Shown one piece after another: positions 7,366-16,776 of a stretch of DNA of 61,702 bases; position 1 is the stretch's first letter, and every line of letters starts with the position of its first letter. Location: positions 1 through 61,702 of the forward strand of contig DDYW01000104.1 in NCBI GenBank assembly GCA_002348185.1, given 5' to 3'. Origin of the DNA: Candidatus Hydrogenedentes bacterium UBA2224 (lineage in GTDB: Bacteria; Hydrogenedentota; Hydrogenedentia; Hydrogenedentales; SLHB01). The notes beneath the pieces were generated by a model. That model made no database searches. It was not told where the DNA came from and saw only the letters and a program-made list of their open reading frames with translations. Position numbers and translations under genes: made by a program.

Positions 7366-9894
7366 GTGAAACATGCTTCCTCGATATGTGGTGTTCTCCT
7401 GGGACTGGCAAGCGCCCTGGCACACGCGGGCGCGGGGCCGGGCGAAATGTACGAAATGCGGCGTTGGGTGGACGCCAAGTTTCAGAACGCGGCCCCGGCC
7501 GAACCGTCCGGCGGCATCGTTATTCTGGAACATTTTGACCGTGTCTGGCAGAACTGCCGCGTAGACCGGCCTCTCATGCTGGGTGCGCGCGCGTACCGTC
7601 GCGGTCTGTTTACCCATGCTCCGAGCGATCTGCTGGTGAAGCTGCCTGCCCCGGGCACGACCTTGACCGCCTTTGCCGGCGTGGATAGCAACAGCCAGAC
7701 TCAGGGAGGCAGCGGAAGCGTTGTCTTTGCGGTGAGTCTGGGGGAGGGCGGGGACGTCTTCACATCGCCCGTGGTCCGCGAAGGCATGCCTGCGCTGCCG
7801 GTTTCCGTCGAGCTCGCAGGGGCAACCGCATTCCATCTCCGCGTGAGCGACGCGGGCGACGGAATCGCCTGCGACCAGGCCGTCTGGGTTGACGCCCGGG
7901 TGGAGCTGTCCAGCGGCGAGGAAGTGTGGCTGGGCGCCCTGCCCATCATCGAGGGGCAAGACCCGCCCGAATATGCCCCCGTTCCGCCCTTCTCTTTCAA
8001 ATACGGCGAGAGAGCCTTTCCGGAGGCGTTGGCGGAGTTTGTCGCGGATGCCACCTGGGTTCACCTGGATGACGCACGGCGCCAGCACGAACTGCAGTAC
8101 CGCCATCCGGATACCGGTCTCGAAGTCCGGTGCGTCGCCGTCGAATACCTCGACTTTCCCATCGTCGAATGGACCCTGTATTTCAAGAATGCCGGCAGCG
8201 TGGATACCCCAATTCTCTCCGATATTCTGGCGCTGGACACGTCATTCCAGCGGCTTCCCGACGACCTCTATGCCCGGTTCGCGCGGCCGTCCGAGTTCGT
8301 GCTTCACCACCATACGGGCAGCATCTGCGCGCCCAACGATTACGAGCCTCATGCCACCGTCCTGCCGGCCGGCCAGGTCAACCAGCTCGCGTCCGCCGGC
8401 GGACGCGGCAGCAATGGCGAATTTCCTTACTTCAATATTGAATGGCCCGGCGAGGGCGTCATTGCGGTGGTCGGGTGGCCCGGGCAATGGAACGCGACGT
8501 TTTCTCGCGACCAGGCCACAGGCCTGCGCATCGCCGCCGGTCAGGAACAGACGCATTTCACGCTTCACCCCGGCGAGGAAGTGCGCACGCCGCTCATTGT
8601 CCTGCAGTTCTGGAAAGGCGAGCGTGTCGATGCGCAGAACACCTGGCGGCGGTGGATGATTGCCCACAACGTCCCGCGACCCGGCGGCCGGCTTCGCCCC
8701 ATGCATCTGGCGGGCTGTTCGTCGCACTTCTTCGGGGAAATGGTTACGGCCGACGAGGCCAGCCAGATTCAGTTCATCGACCGCTACCTCGAAGAGCGAA
8801 TCCCCCTCGATTACTGGTGGATGGACGCCGGCTGGTATATCAACACCTCCGGATGGCCCAACACCGGCACCTGGGAAGTCGACACGAACCGTTTCCCCCG
8901 GGGATTGCGGGCCATCACGGACCACGCGCACGCCCGGGGCCTCAAGACCATCCTGTGGTTCGAGCCCGAACGGGTGACGCCCGGCACGTGGCTCTACGAC
9001 ACCCATCCGGAATGGCTGCTTGGCGAAGACGGCGGCCAGAAGCTCCTCGATCTCGGCAACCCCGACGCGTGGCGGTGGCTCGTGGACCATACCGATGCGC
9101 TTTTGACCAGCCAGGGCATCGACCTCTACCGGCAGGATTTCAACATGGATCCGCTGACCTACTGGCGCAACGCGGACGCTCCCGACCGTCAAGGCATCGC
9201 CGAGATCCGGCACGTCACGGGCTATCTTGCCTTCTGGGACGAGCTTCTGCGGCGCCGCCCCGGATTGCGCATCGACACCTGCGCCAGCGGCGGCCGCCGC
9301 AACGATCTCGAGACGCTTCGCCGCGCCGTCCCCCTGTGGCGCAGCGACTACATCCTCGAGCCGATCGGCACGCAGGGCTGCACGTACGGCATCTCCTCCT
9401 GGATCCCCTTTCATGGCACCGGGGTCAAAGAGGCCGATGCCTACCGGTTCCGCAGCATGATGACGCCCTATCCAAACTGCCTGTGGGATGCCCGTCGAAC
9501 CGACCTGGACTACGACGAATTCCGGCGCCTGACGGCGCAGTGGAGCGCGGTTGCGCCAAACTACGCGGGGGATTTCTATCCCCTCACGCGGTACAGCCTC
9601 GCTAACGATGTGTGGATGGGCTGGCAATTCGACCGGCCCGAAACGGGCGAGGGCATGGTGCAGGTCTTCCGGCGCGAATCGTGCATCTTTCGTGCCGCGG
9701 ACCTGGTGTTGCGGGGACTCAAGCCGGACGCCCGCTACCGCATCACCAATCTCGACGAGCCCGGCGCCGCATTCGAGATGACAGGAGCCGAGCTGCTCGA
9801 AGACGGCCTTCCCGTGGAAATTGCCGCGTGCCCCGGCGCGCTGGTCTTCACGTACCAGCGCGTCGAACCGGAGCCGGCGATCACATCCCACTGA
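7366..9894 (+). CDS. Secreted NPCBM-module protein fused to a GH36-like alpha-galactosidase-type catalytic domain
   Basis: GTG start at 7366 with AAGGAG 8 nt upstream and signal peptide MKHASSICGVLLGLASALAHA. An NPCBM-like N-terminal module is present (YRRGLFTHAPS...GSVVFAV...DAGDGIACDQAVWVDARV). GH36-like motifs are DYWWMDAGWY, LKTILWFEPERV, GIDLYRQDFNMDP, IDTCASGGRRNDLE and LWRSDY. Confidence 0.8.
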   Translation: MKHASSICGVLLGLASALAHAGAGPGEMYEMRRWVDAKFQNAAPAEPSGGIVILEHFDRVWQNCRVDRPLMLGARAYRRGLFTHAPSDLLVKLPAPGTTLTAFAGVDSNSQTQGGSGSVVFAVSLGEGGDVFTSPVVREGMPALPVSVELAGATAFHLRVSDAGDGIACDQAVWVDARVELSSGEEVWLGALPIIEGQDPPEYAPVPPFSFKYGERAFPEALAEFVADATWVHLDDARRQHELQYRHPDTGLEVRCVAVEYLDFPIVEWTLYFKNAGSVDTPILSDILALDTSFQRLPDDLYARFARPSEFVLHHHTGSICAPNDYEPHATVLPAGQVNQLASAGGRGSNGEFPYFNIEWPGEGVIAVVGWPGQWNATFSRDQATGLRIAAGQEQTHFTLHPGEEVRTPLIVLQFWKGERVDAQNTWRRWMIAHNVPRPGGRLRPMHLAGCSSHFFGEMVTADEASQIQFIDRYLEERIPLDYWWMDAGWYINTSGWPNTGTWEVDTNRFPRGLRAITDHAHARGLKTILWFEPERVTPGTWLYDTHPEWLLGEDGGQKLLDLGNPDAWRWLVDHTDALLTSQGIDLYRQDFNMDPLTYWRNADAPDRQGIAEIRHVTGYLAFWDELLRRRPGLRIDTCASGGRRNDLETLRRAVPLWRSDYILEPIGTQGCTYGISSWIPFHGTGVKEADAYRFRSMMTPYPNCLWDARRTDLDYDEFRRLTAQWSAVAPNYAGDFYPLTRYSLANDVWMGWQFDRPETGEGMVQVFRRESCIFRAADLVLRGLKPDARYRITNLDEPGAAFEMTGAELLEDGLPVEIAACPGALVFTYQRVEPEPAITSH

Positions 9895-12769
9895 TTTCGC
9901 GCGGAGCCTGTTCCAACCGCAGCCACCCCATGCGGGCGGGGTTGTCGGCGCCATACCCCAACCGCGGTATCACGGAAACCTCGGAGGGCGGCGCCCAACT
10001 GACCAGCGTCTGGCGTGTGTTGTCGCGTGACAGCCCGGAGATCTCCACGTTGATCCGCATGGGCCGGGCGGGCGCTGCTTCGCCGCGGAAGGCCTCCATC
10101 GGAATGCGCAGCCGGAACGTCTGCCGGCCCTCACGGTTCGCGACGGCGAGGTCCCACGGCACATCGGGCACCAGCCACCCCAGCCGGGCGGTCTGCTTTC
10201 CGTTCACGTCGCCGCGGAAGGTGCGGCGCGGGTAGATGTGGGTCGGCTCTATGGCCACGGCGATGGCGACCGGACGCCACTGCTCCGACGGGAGGCAGTC
10301 CGCGCCAATGTAAAGAAAATCGTCGTCATGCGCGGCCTGCCACGACCACGCGAGCCCTTCCCCGGGCAGGGCGGCCTGCGGCAGGGCCGCCCAGGCCTCG
10401 GTCTCCCGCCAGGTGGACGTAAAATCCTCGTTCACCCGCGGGCACCGGTAATTGAGCGGGCCGTCCACCAGCCCGGATTCCTCCGGAAACACGGGTTGAG
10501 CGGCCGCGACGGCCTTCTCGGCTTCCACAAACTCCGTTTCCTGCAATTCACGCAGTCGTTCCACGCGCCAGCGGAGTTCGGCGGGAAAGTAGGTGTAGCC
10601 TTCGGCCTCGGCCTGAAATCCGAGAAATGGGTTGCTCTCGCACAGCGCCGCCATTTTCGTGGCGTTTTCGATCTCTTCCTCGACGATGCCCCGCATCGCC
10701 GCGAGCAGTTCGGCCCGGGAACCGGCTGAGTCGTAGAGAAGCCGCTCGCGCATGTCATAGAAGCGGAGGATGTTGTATCCCGTCCTGAATTGGATGCCCA
10801 GCGCCTGGGCCACCGTGAGATCGCGCTGCCGCTCCGGGTCCCCGGCACAGAGGGGCGCAAGCGCCAGGAGTTCATCCAATCCGGACTGCCAGGTGGCCGA
10901 CATCTCCCCGCAAAGTTCGAGCACCTCCTCCATCGTATGGCTGCCGGAAAAGCACTCCCCAATACGGTCACCGCTGGGAGGAAACTCCAGTTTCCATACC
11001 GGGGAAAGGTTCTTGTGGGCGGGCCTCAAATGGAGCGGCCATACAATGCCGTCGGTGATGGGGCCGTAGTACTGGAATGCGTTCGTGATCGGGTAGTGGT
11101 CGTATGCTTCCCCGAAGAGCCGCCACGCGCGCACAACGCGATCCGCATGGACGGGGCCCCAGTCCCGCCGCGCGAGCTCCAGAAGGAATGCGTCCTCGCT
11201 GATCTCGTCCGGGGCGAACGGCAGCACGCTCGCGGCCGCCCGGTGCATGAGCGACGGCATGTTCCCCATATACCAGCACTGCATGACGCTGGTGACCCCC
11301 AGCCGCCGCATCGCCCCGTATTTCCGGTAGAGGTTGCCGGGAACCGGAATGAACGGCACGGTCGACGCCTCAAACGAGTTGCAGGCCTGGAGTTTCGCGC
11401 CCAGTTCCACGCCGTTCCCGGCCGCGGCTTCCGCGATGCGCGTGTAAATCTCGCTCGGGCCGATGTAGGAGAGCCAGTAGTCGCCCGCATGCCGTTCCTT
11501 GCCCAGTTGCAGCTTGGCGCCGTCCGATTCGAAGTTGTACTGACAGATCACGCCGGGCGGGGTGCGCCGCGCGATGTCCACGAGGGGCGCGGTGCTTCGC
11601 GGCACGCCCGTGCCGTTTCCCGGCACGTAGAGCCACGAGATCAGCTTCGCCCGGGGATTGGCCGCGTGCATGCCCCGTTCCATCGCCGAAAGCGAGGCGT
11701 GCAGAATCTCTCCCGGCGCCTTCTCCGCACAGATCGGGCACGCGACCCGCCAGTCCTCGTCCGCAACGCTCAGGCACGTCGTCGAGCGCTCCCCAAAGCT
11801 GATGTTGATGAGCCCCCCGAGATGGGGCACCTCGGAGAAAATGTCGTGCATGGCCTCGTAGAGGTAGGTCTGCGCCGCTTCCGAGAACGGGCAGAAGAGG
11901 CGGCCCGTGCCCGAAAATGGTTTGCTGCCCAGTTCGGGGTGGGCCTGCAGCAGCGGATTGTCGGGATCCATCACGCGCGGTTCAATACAGAAAACAAACA
12001 CGTTGATGCCGTACCGGCGGCATTTCTCGACGGTTTTGCGCAGTTTATCGAGGCGGCGGTCCCGGTTGGGATCAACCACGGGCGTCAAGGAGGTCTTGCA
12101 GATGTCCTTGAATTCAATCGTGAGCCACAGGGCGTTCACGCCGTCGTGGGCGATGCGGTTGAGGTACCCGTCCGGATAATAGTCGACCTCATCGAGCAGC
12201 TCGTCCTTGTTCTTGGGCGGCCGTTTGATCGGCCCGAAAAAACACCGTGAAATGCGGGTATGGATGAACGGCGCGCGTTCGAGTTCCCCCAGCGGCAGAA
12301 ACGGCCCTTCGGCGCTCATGAGGCGGTCTTCCAGGAAGAAGATACCGCGCCGGATTCCTTCCGTGTCGCCCGCCTGAATGCGGCATTCGGCTTCTCTCAC
12401 GACAAGCCGGAAGGTCTCGGACCGGTTCGTGGGTATCTGTTCGGTGATGACGCGGTACGGACCGTTCGGGGGCAGCTTGACGGCTGCAAAAAAATCCTGC
12501 AGGTCCTGGTACGCCGTGTCGAGCACGCCGTCCGGGTCGGGAAACGCCGTTTCGACGGACACGCCCCTCCCCAGGTCCGCTTCGCCGTCGAGGGCCTCCG
12601 TCCGCTCCCAATGCGGCCTCCAGGTCAGCGGCGCCGCCAGGGCTTCTACGAAGGCCCATTCACTCTGGGGGGGGCTCGGTGGCGGTTCGGGCGGGGCGCC
12701 GGCGCCCGGCATGCCCAGGCCCGCCGCAACAATCCAACAACCCAGCGCGCAACTGACAGTCATGATCAT
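9881..12769 (-). CDS. Large secreted hypothetical protein, glycoside-hydrolase-like (GH67N/GH20b-like N-domain, TIM-barrel-like core, C-terminal beta-sandwich)
   Basis: 962-aa ORF with AAGGAGG upstream of ATGATCATG at 12769 and an N-terminal hydrophobic signal. GIRRGIFFLEDRL resembles the GH67N/GH20b-type motif. GVNALWLTIEF and YGINVFVFCIEPR look like TIM-barrel strands. A Cys motif (WRVACPICAEK) parallels the C-x-C-x2-C of the DUF4838 protein at 34398. The C-terminal WSWQAAHDDDFLYIGADC is CBM9/DOMON-like. Confidence 0.7.
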   Translation of the reverse strand: MIMTVSCALGCWIVAAGLGMPGAGAPPEPPPSPPQSEWAFVEALAAPLTWRPHWERTEALDGEADLGRGVSVETAFPDPDGVLDTAYQDLQDFFAAVKLPPNGPYRVITEQIPTNRSETFRLVVREAECRIQAGDTEGIRRGIFFLEDRLMSAEGPFLPLGELERAPFIHTRISRCFFGPIKRPPKNKDELLDEVDYYPDGYLNRIAHDGVNALWLTIEFKDICKTSLTPVVDPNRDRRLDKLRKTVEKCRRYGINVFVFCIEPRVMDPDNPLLQAHPELGSKPFSGTGRLFCPFSEAAQTYLYEAMHDIFSEVPHLGGLINISFGERSTTCLSVADEDWRVACPICAEKAPGEILHASLSAMERGMHAANPRAKLISWLYVPGNGTGVPRSTAPLVDIARRTPPGVICQYNFESDGAKLQLGKERHAGDYWLSYIGPSEIYTRIAEAAAGNGVELGAKLQACNSFEASTVPFIPVPGNLYRKYGAMRRLGVTSVMQCWYMGNMPSLMHRAAASVLPFAPDEISEDAFLLELARRDWGPVHADRVVRAWRLFGEAYDHYPITNAFQYYGPITDGIVWPLHLRPAHKNLSPVWKLEFPPSGDRIGECFSGSHTMEEVLELCGEMSATWQSGLDELLALAPLCAGDPERQRDLTVAQALGIQFRTGYNILRFYDMRERLLYDSAGSRAELLAAMRGIVEEEIENATKMAALCESNPFLGFQAEAEGYTYFPAELRWRVERLRELQETEFVEAEKAVAAAQPVFPEESGLVDGPLNYRCPRVNEDFTSTWRETEAWAALPQAALPGEGLAWSWQAAHDDDFLYIGADCLPSEQWRPVAIAVAIEPTHIYPRRTFRGDVNGKQTARLGWLVPDVPWDLAVANREGRQTFRLRIPMEAFRGEAAPARPMRINVEISGLSRDNTRQTLVSWAPPSEVSVIPRLGYGADNPARMGWLRLEQAPREISGM

Positions 12770-12918
12770 CGGACCTCCTTGGCGCGTGATCTAACATATG
12801 TGAGTGTGAGACCCCGCTGGAACCGCCGCGGTGCATACAGTATTCTCAGGTGAACGAGTCCCATCTTTTCCCTGCGATCCCAGCCTAACGGAAGGCGGCG
12901 CGGAAAAACAAAGCAAGC

Positions 12919-14409
12919 ATGCGCCCGCCCGCGTCCGGGGAACACGGCGCTTATCGCAAGCACGGCGCCAGATGCCGCGCGTGGAGGTCGGAATACGTAT
13001 TCGTGAGCGAGTTTGCGCCAGATAGCCCCCGTGGCTCGCGCTGGAACAATATCGTGCGGCCGCTCCGGTCGCGCAATTACCGGCTGTTCTTCATGGGTCA
13101 GGGAATATCGCTGACCGGCACCTGGATGCAACGCACCGCGCTGCTCTGGCTCGTCGGCACCATGTATGCCGACGAGAAGACGGCCGCGTTCTGGTTGGGC
13201 GTCGTGGGCTTCGCGTCGCAGATTCCCGCGTTGCTCCTGACGCCTCTTGCCGGCGCTCTGGCCGACCGCTGGAACCGCCGCCGGATGCTCCTGGGGGCAC
13301 AATCGCTGGCCATGGTCCAGTCGTTTCTGCTGGCGTTCCTCACCCTTTCGGGCGAGATGCACATCTGGCAGATCGTCGCGCTTTCGCTCTGGCTCGGTGT
13401 GGTCAACGCAGTCGATGTGCCCACCCGGCAGTCTTTCGTCATTGAGATGGTCGAACGCCCCGAAGACCTGACCGGGGCCATCGCACTGAACAGCTCCCTC
13501 GTCAATGCCGGCCGCCTGGCAGGTCCTGCCCTTGGCGGCCTGATGACCGCCTTGTTCGGCGTAGGCGCCTGTTTTCTTCTCAACGGGTTCAGCTTTCTCG
13601 CGGTCATTCTCGCCTTGCTGGTCATGCGCACCAAGCCGCGGCCCAAGCAGCCGGGCAGGAAACACGTGTTCCAGAATCTGGCTGAAGGGCTGGTCTATGC
13701 GTTCACGTTTCCGCCCATCCGGGCGTTGCTGCTGATCATGGCGCTGGTCAGTCTTGCGGGCATGCCGTACCATTCCCTGTTACCGGCATTCACCCGGCAT
13801 CTTCTACACGGCGGCCCCAAGGGCTACGGAGCCCTGGTGGCGGCGGCGGGAATCGGCGCCTTGTCCGGCGCGCTCTATCTCGCCAGCCGGTTCTCCGTCC
13901 GGGGCCTGCTCCGGATGATCGCCATCGCGCCGGCCCTTTTCGGCAGCCTCCTGCTGGTCTTCTCCCTGAACCGCTCGTTTCCGCTGGCCCTGGTGCTCAT
14001 GCCGATGCTCGGCCTGGGCCAGATGCTGCTGATGGCCTCCTGCAACACGGTCCTCCAGACCATCGTCGACGACGACAAACGCGGCCGGGTCATGAGCTTC
14101 TATTCGCTCTCTTTCATGGGGGTTGCGCCATTGGGCAACCTCCTGGCGGGCGTGGCGGCCCGCGAATTCGGTTCGGCCGCGACCATGGCCGTCGGGGGCG
14201 TGGCGTGCGTTCTGGGCGCCATCGAGTTCTCCCGCAGACTGCCCCGGCTGCGCAGGCTGATTCGTCCCATTTACGCCAGCAAAGGGATCGTCACCGAAGT
14301 CGCCGCGGGAAGCCCGGCGGCCGCCGGCGGATGTTGCGGCGCAGTCAACGGGGGAGGGGAGAACCGCGCACCGTCCGCCAATCACGACCGTTCCCGCATC
14401 GTCCCATGA
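12919..14409 (+). CDS. MFS transporter (MFS_3 / enterobactin-exporter-like subfamily)
   Basis: About 12 hydrophobic helices. RSRNYRLFFMGQGISLTGTWMQRTALLWLV is a typical N-terminus of this MFS subfamily. The start is uncertain: the first ~45 aa are Arg-rich and non-hydrophobic, and a GTG near 13003 is an alternative. Confidence 0.8.
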   Translation: MRPPASGEHGAYRKHGARCRAWRSEYVFVSEFAPDSPRGSRWNNIVRPLRSRNYRLFFMGQGISLTGTWMQRTALLWLVGTMYADEKTAAFWLGVVGFASQIPALLLTPLAGALADRWNRRRMLLGAQSLAMVQSFLLAFLTLSGEMHIWQIVALSLWLGVVNAVDVPTRQSFVIEMVERPEDLTGAIALNSSLVNAGRLAGPALGGLMTALFGVGACFLLNGFSFLAVILALLVMRTKPRPKQPGRKHVFQNLAEGLVYAFTFPPIRALLLIMALVSLAGMPYHSLLPAFTRHLLHGGPKGYGALVAAAGIGALSGALYLASRFSVRGLLRMIAIAPALFGSLLLVFSLNRSFPLALVLMPMLGLGQMLLMASCNTVLQTIVDDDKRGRVMSFYSLSFMGVAPLGNLLAGVAAREFGSAATMAVGGVACVLGAIEFSRRLPRLRRLIRPIYASKGIVTEVAAGSPAAAGGCCGAVNGGGENRAPSANHDRSRIVP

Positions 14410-14529
14410 GCGGTGGGTCAGAACGATGCGCCCCCTCGCGCGTCTGGGCGAGGCTTGCCGGCTGAACGCGCTCGCGCCGGCGCCTCTTCTGGATTCACGC
14501 CCGCCGTGAGCCCCTCCGGTTCAGTTCAC

Positions 14530-14558
14530 TTGACCTGCCCGGCACTCTTTGACATACT
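14530..14558 (+). promoter_or_regulatory. Candidate sigma70-type promoter for the SSS symporter operon
   Basis: TTGACC (14530-14535), a 17-nt spacer, then CATACT (14553-14558), about 115 nt upstream of the ATG at 14672. Confidence 0.3.
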
Positions 14559-14671
14559 TGCTGCGTTGGGTCCGTCGTTATCATCCCCTCGGGCAGATGG
14601 TCCGCCGGCACGGCGCCTGGCCACGGCGGAGCGGCGGAAGGGCCACTAACACGCAGCGGGAGAGAGTGCTT

Positions 14672-16237
14672 ATGGCAGCGGGACCCCAACTCTGGGGGTT
14701 GTCGATCTTCGACGTCATCATCATCCTGGCCTATGTCGTGGGCGTCGTCGCAATCGGCACCTATTACGGAAAATACGTCAAATCGGCCAAGGACTTTTTT
14801 CTGGCGGGCCGGGCCCTGCCGTTCTGGGCCATCGGCATGTCCATCGTGGTGAGCGACATCGGCGCCAGCGACTTCGTGTTCGTGGGGGGCGCCACTTACA
14901 CCTATGGCGTTTCGGCGGCGAACTTCGACTGGATAGGCTCGATGCCCGCGATGGTCATTGCGGCCTTCATCTTCATGCCCTATTACTGGCGCGCCGGGGT
15001 CTACACGATTCCCGAGTTTCTCGGCCGCCGCTACAACATGGCGGTTCAGATCATTCATGCCGCCATCTGGGGCGTGTTCATGGTGACGATGCTGGGCGTC
15101 ATCTTTCAGGCCACCGGCAACTTCATGTCGAGCATTCTCGGCTGGCCGATCTGGGTCGGCGTGGCCATCACCATTGTGGCCGTGTTCATCTACACGTTTT
15201 CCGGCGGTCTCGCGGCCGTCGTCATGACCGACGTAATCCAGCTTGTGGTCATGTTCGTCGGCGGCCTGTCGCTGCTCGCGCTGGCCATGTGGGAAGTCGG
15301 CGGATGGGGCGCCCTGCAGGAACGGGTGATCGCCATCAAGGGCGAAGGGCATCTCACGATGCTGCAGCCTAACAACGACCCCAATACCCCGTATCCCTGG
15401 GCCGGGATTGTCTTCGGGCTCGGACTGGTCATGTCGACGGCCTATTTCAGCGGGCATCAGGGCGTAGTCCAGCGCGTATTCGGCGCGCGCTCGGAATGGG
15501 ACGCCAAGGGCGGCATGCTCTTCGGCGGATTCCTGAAATCCTTTATCCCGCTGATGGTCGCCCTTCCGGGCCTGGCCGCCATCGTCATTCTCCCTGAGGG
15601 TGCAATCACGAAGGGCGATGACGCCGTGCCCTCCATGATCCGGCACCTGATGCCGGCGGGCGTGCGCGGCCTCACCTTCTCGGCGCTCGTGGCGTCGTTT
15701 TTGTCCAGCGCCGACACCTATCTCAATTCCGCCTCGACCATCTGGACCACCGACCTCTATGGCCGCGTCCATGAGTTTTTCACGGGGCGCCTCCCCGGCG
15801 AGAAGCACGGCCTGGTCATGGGCCGCCTTTTTACCATCATCTTCGTGGTGATTGGAGCGTCGCTGGTGCCCGTCCTGGACCGGGTCGAGAGCATGTACAA
15901 TTTCATCCAGACCTCGCTGTCCATGTTTCAGGGGCCCGTGTTCGCCATTCTCCTCCTGGGCATCATGTGGCGTCGCGCGAACCGCTGGGGCGGTCTCGTC
16001 GGCATGCTCAGCGGTGTCGCGTTCAGCACCGTGCTTAACTTCACCGAGGGCCTGTTCCCTTCGGCCGACGCGTTCCTGTTCGTGGCATGGTGGTCCTTTG
16101 TGTTTACCATTGTCGTCACGGTCGTCGTAAGCCTGCTGACGAAACCCGAGCCGGAGGAGAAAATCCGGGGACTCGTTTTCGGTCAGGTGATGCAGGATGG
16201 CCAGATCCAGCGTGTGCTCGCGGAAAGGGTTGAGTAA
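14672..16237 (+). CDS. Sodium:solute symporter family (SSS) transporter
   Basis: Track ORF 14549..16237 trimmed to MAAGPQLWGLSIFDVIIILAYVV (GGGAGAGAG SD-like upstream). FFLAGRALPFWAIGMSIVVSDIGASDFV and about 13 hydrophobic helices are typical of SSS/SGLT-type carriers. Confidence 0.88.
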   Translation: MAAGPQLWGLSIFDVIIILAYVVGVVAIGTYYGKYVKSAKDFFLAGRALPFWAIGMSIVVSDIGASDFVFVGGATYTYGVSAANFDWIGSMPAMVIAAFIFMPYYWRAGVYTIPEFLGRRYNMAVQIIHAAIWGVFMVTMLGVIFQATGNFMSSILGWPIWVGVAITIVAVFIYTFSGGLAAVVMTDVIQLVVMFVGGLSLLALAMWEVGGWGALQERVIAIKGEGHLTMLQPNNDPNTPYPWAGIVFGLGLVMSTAYFSGHQGVVQRVFGARSEWDAKGGMLFGGFLKSFIPLMVALPGLAAIVILPEGAITKGDDAVPSMIRHLMPAGVRGLTFSALVASFLSSADTYLNSASTIWTTDLYGRVHEFFTGRLPGEKHGLVMGRLFTIIFVVIGASLVPVLDRVESMYNFIQTSLSMFQGPVFAILLLGIMWRRANRWGGLVGMLSGVAFSTVLNFTEGLFPSADAFLFVAWWSFVFTIVVTVVVSLLTKPEPEEKIRGLVFGQVMQDGQIQRVLAERVE

Positions 16238-16528
16238 ATGGATGCCCCCCAGACCGATCCCAACCTGATGACACGGATATTCAAGCCCATTCTGGAACCA
16301 TTTTTCAGTCCGATCAATGATTTCCTGGGCCGCTACTACATGCCCTGGGCGACCATCTGTGCGCTGGGCCTGTTTATCGGGGCGATGATCTGGGTGTTCA
16401 CCCTCCGCAAGGAATATGTGAACGTCGACGCCCCCGGGAAGGGCTTCTTTTACGATCTGCGATTCTGGACCATCATCTCCATGCTGCCCCATGTGTTGGT
16501 GTATCTCTACTTCTCGAAATGGAGCTAG
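16238..16528 (+). CDS. Small two-TM membrane protein, translationally coupled to the SSS symporter
   Basis: The ATG at 16238 directly abuts the symporter TAA (GAGTAAATGG). The 96-aa protein has two hydrophobic helices (WATICALGLFIGAMIWVFTL and FWTIISMLPHVLVYLYF). I do not recognise a family. Confidence 0.6.
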   Translation: MDAPQTDPNLMTRIFKPILEPFFSPINDFLGRYYMPWATICALGLFIGAMIWVFTLRKEYVNVDAPGKGFFYDLRFWTIISMLPHVLVYLYFSKWS

Positions 16529-16755
16529 CCGTGAGCGACCAAGATCCTCTCAGTCATGTTAAACGCGATGCCGAGGCCCTCCTTATCCTTGGCGCTTTTC
16601 TGGTGGTCCTGGCGGTGATTGTTCTCGTAGCCACTGTCTTCCAGGCGCCCGGTCATGCCCGTGTGGTCAACGGTGGCGCGGGGCTGGCGTTGCTGCTTAT
16701 CGGAGGCGGCATGGCCGGCTGGAGCCGTATTCTCCGGAGACGCTTCTCCAAGTAA
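16519..16755 (+). CDS. Small two-TM membrane protein (third gene of the SSS operon)
   Basis: Overlaps the previous stop by 10 nt; an alternative GTG lies at 16531. The 78-aa protein has two hydrophobic helices (ALLILGAFLVVLAVIVLVATVF and GAGLALLLIGGGMAGW) and a basic tail, RRRFSK. Confidence 0.5.
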   Translation: MELAVSDQDPLSHVKRDAEALLILGAFLVVLAVIVLVATVFQAPGHARVVNGGAGLALLLIGGGMAGWSRILRRRFSK

Positions 16756-16776
16756 GCATCCGTCAGCGTCGCCGTC

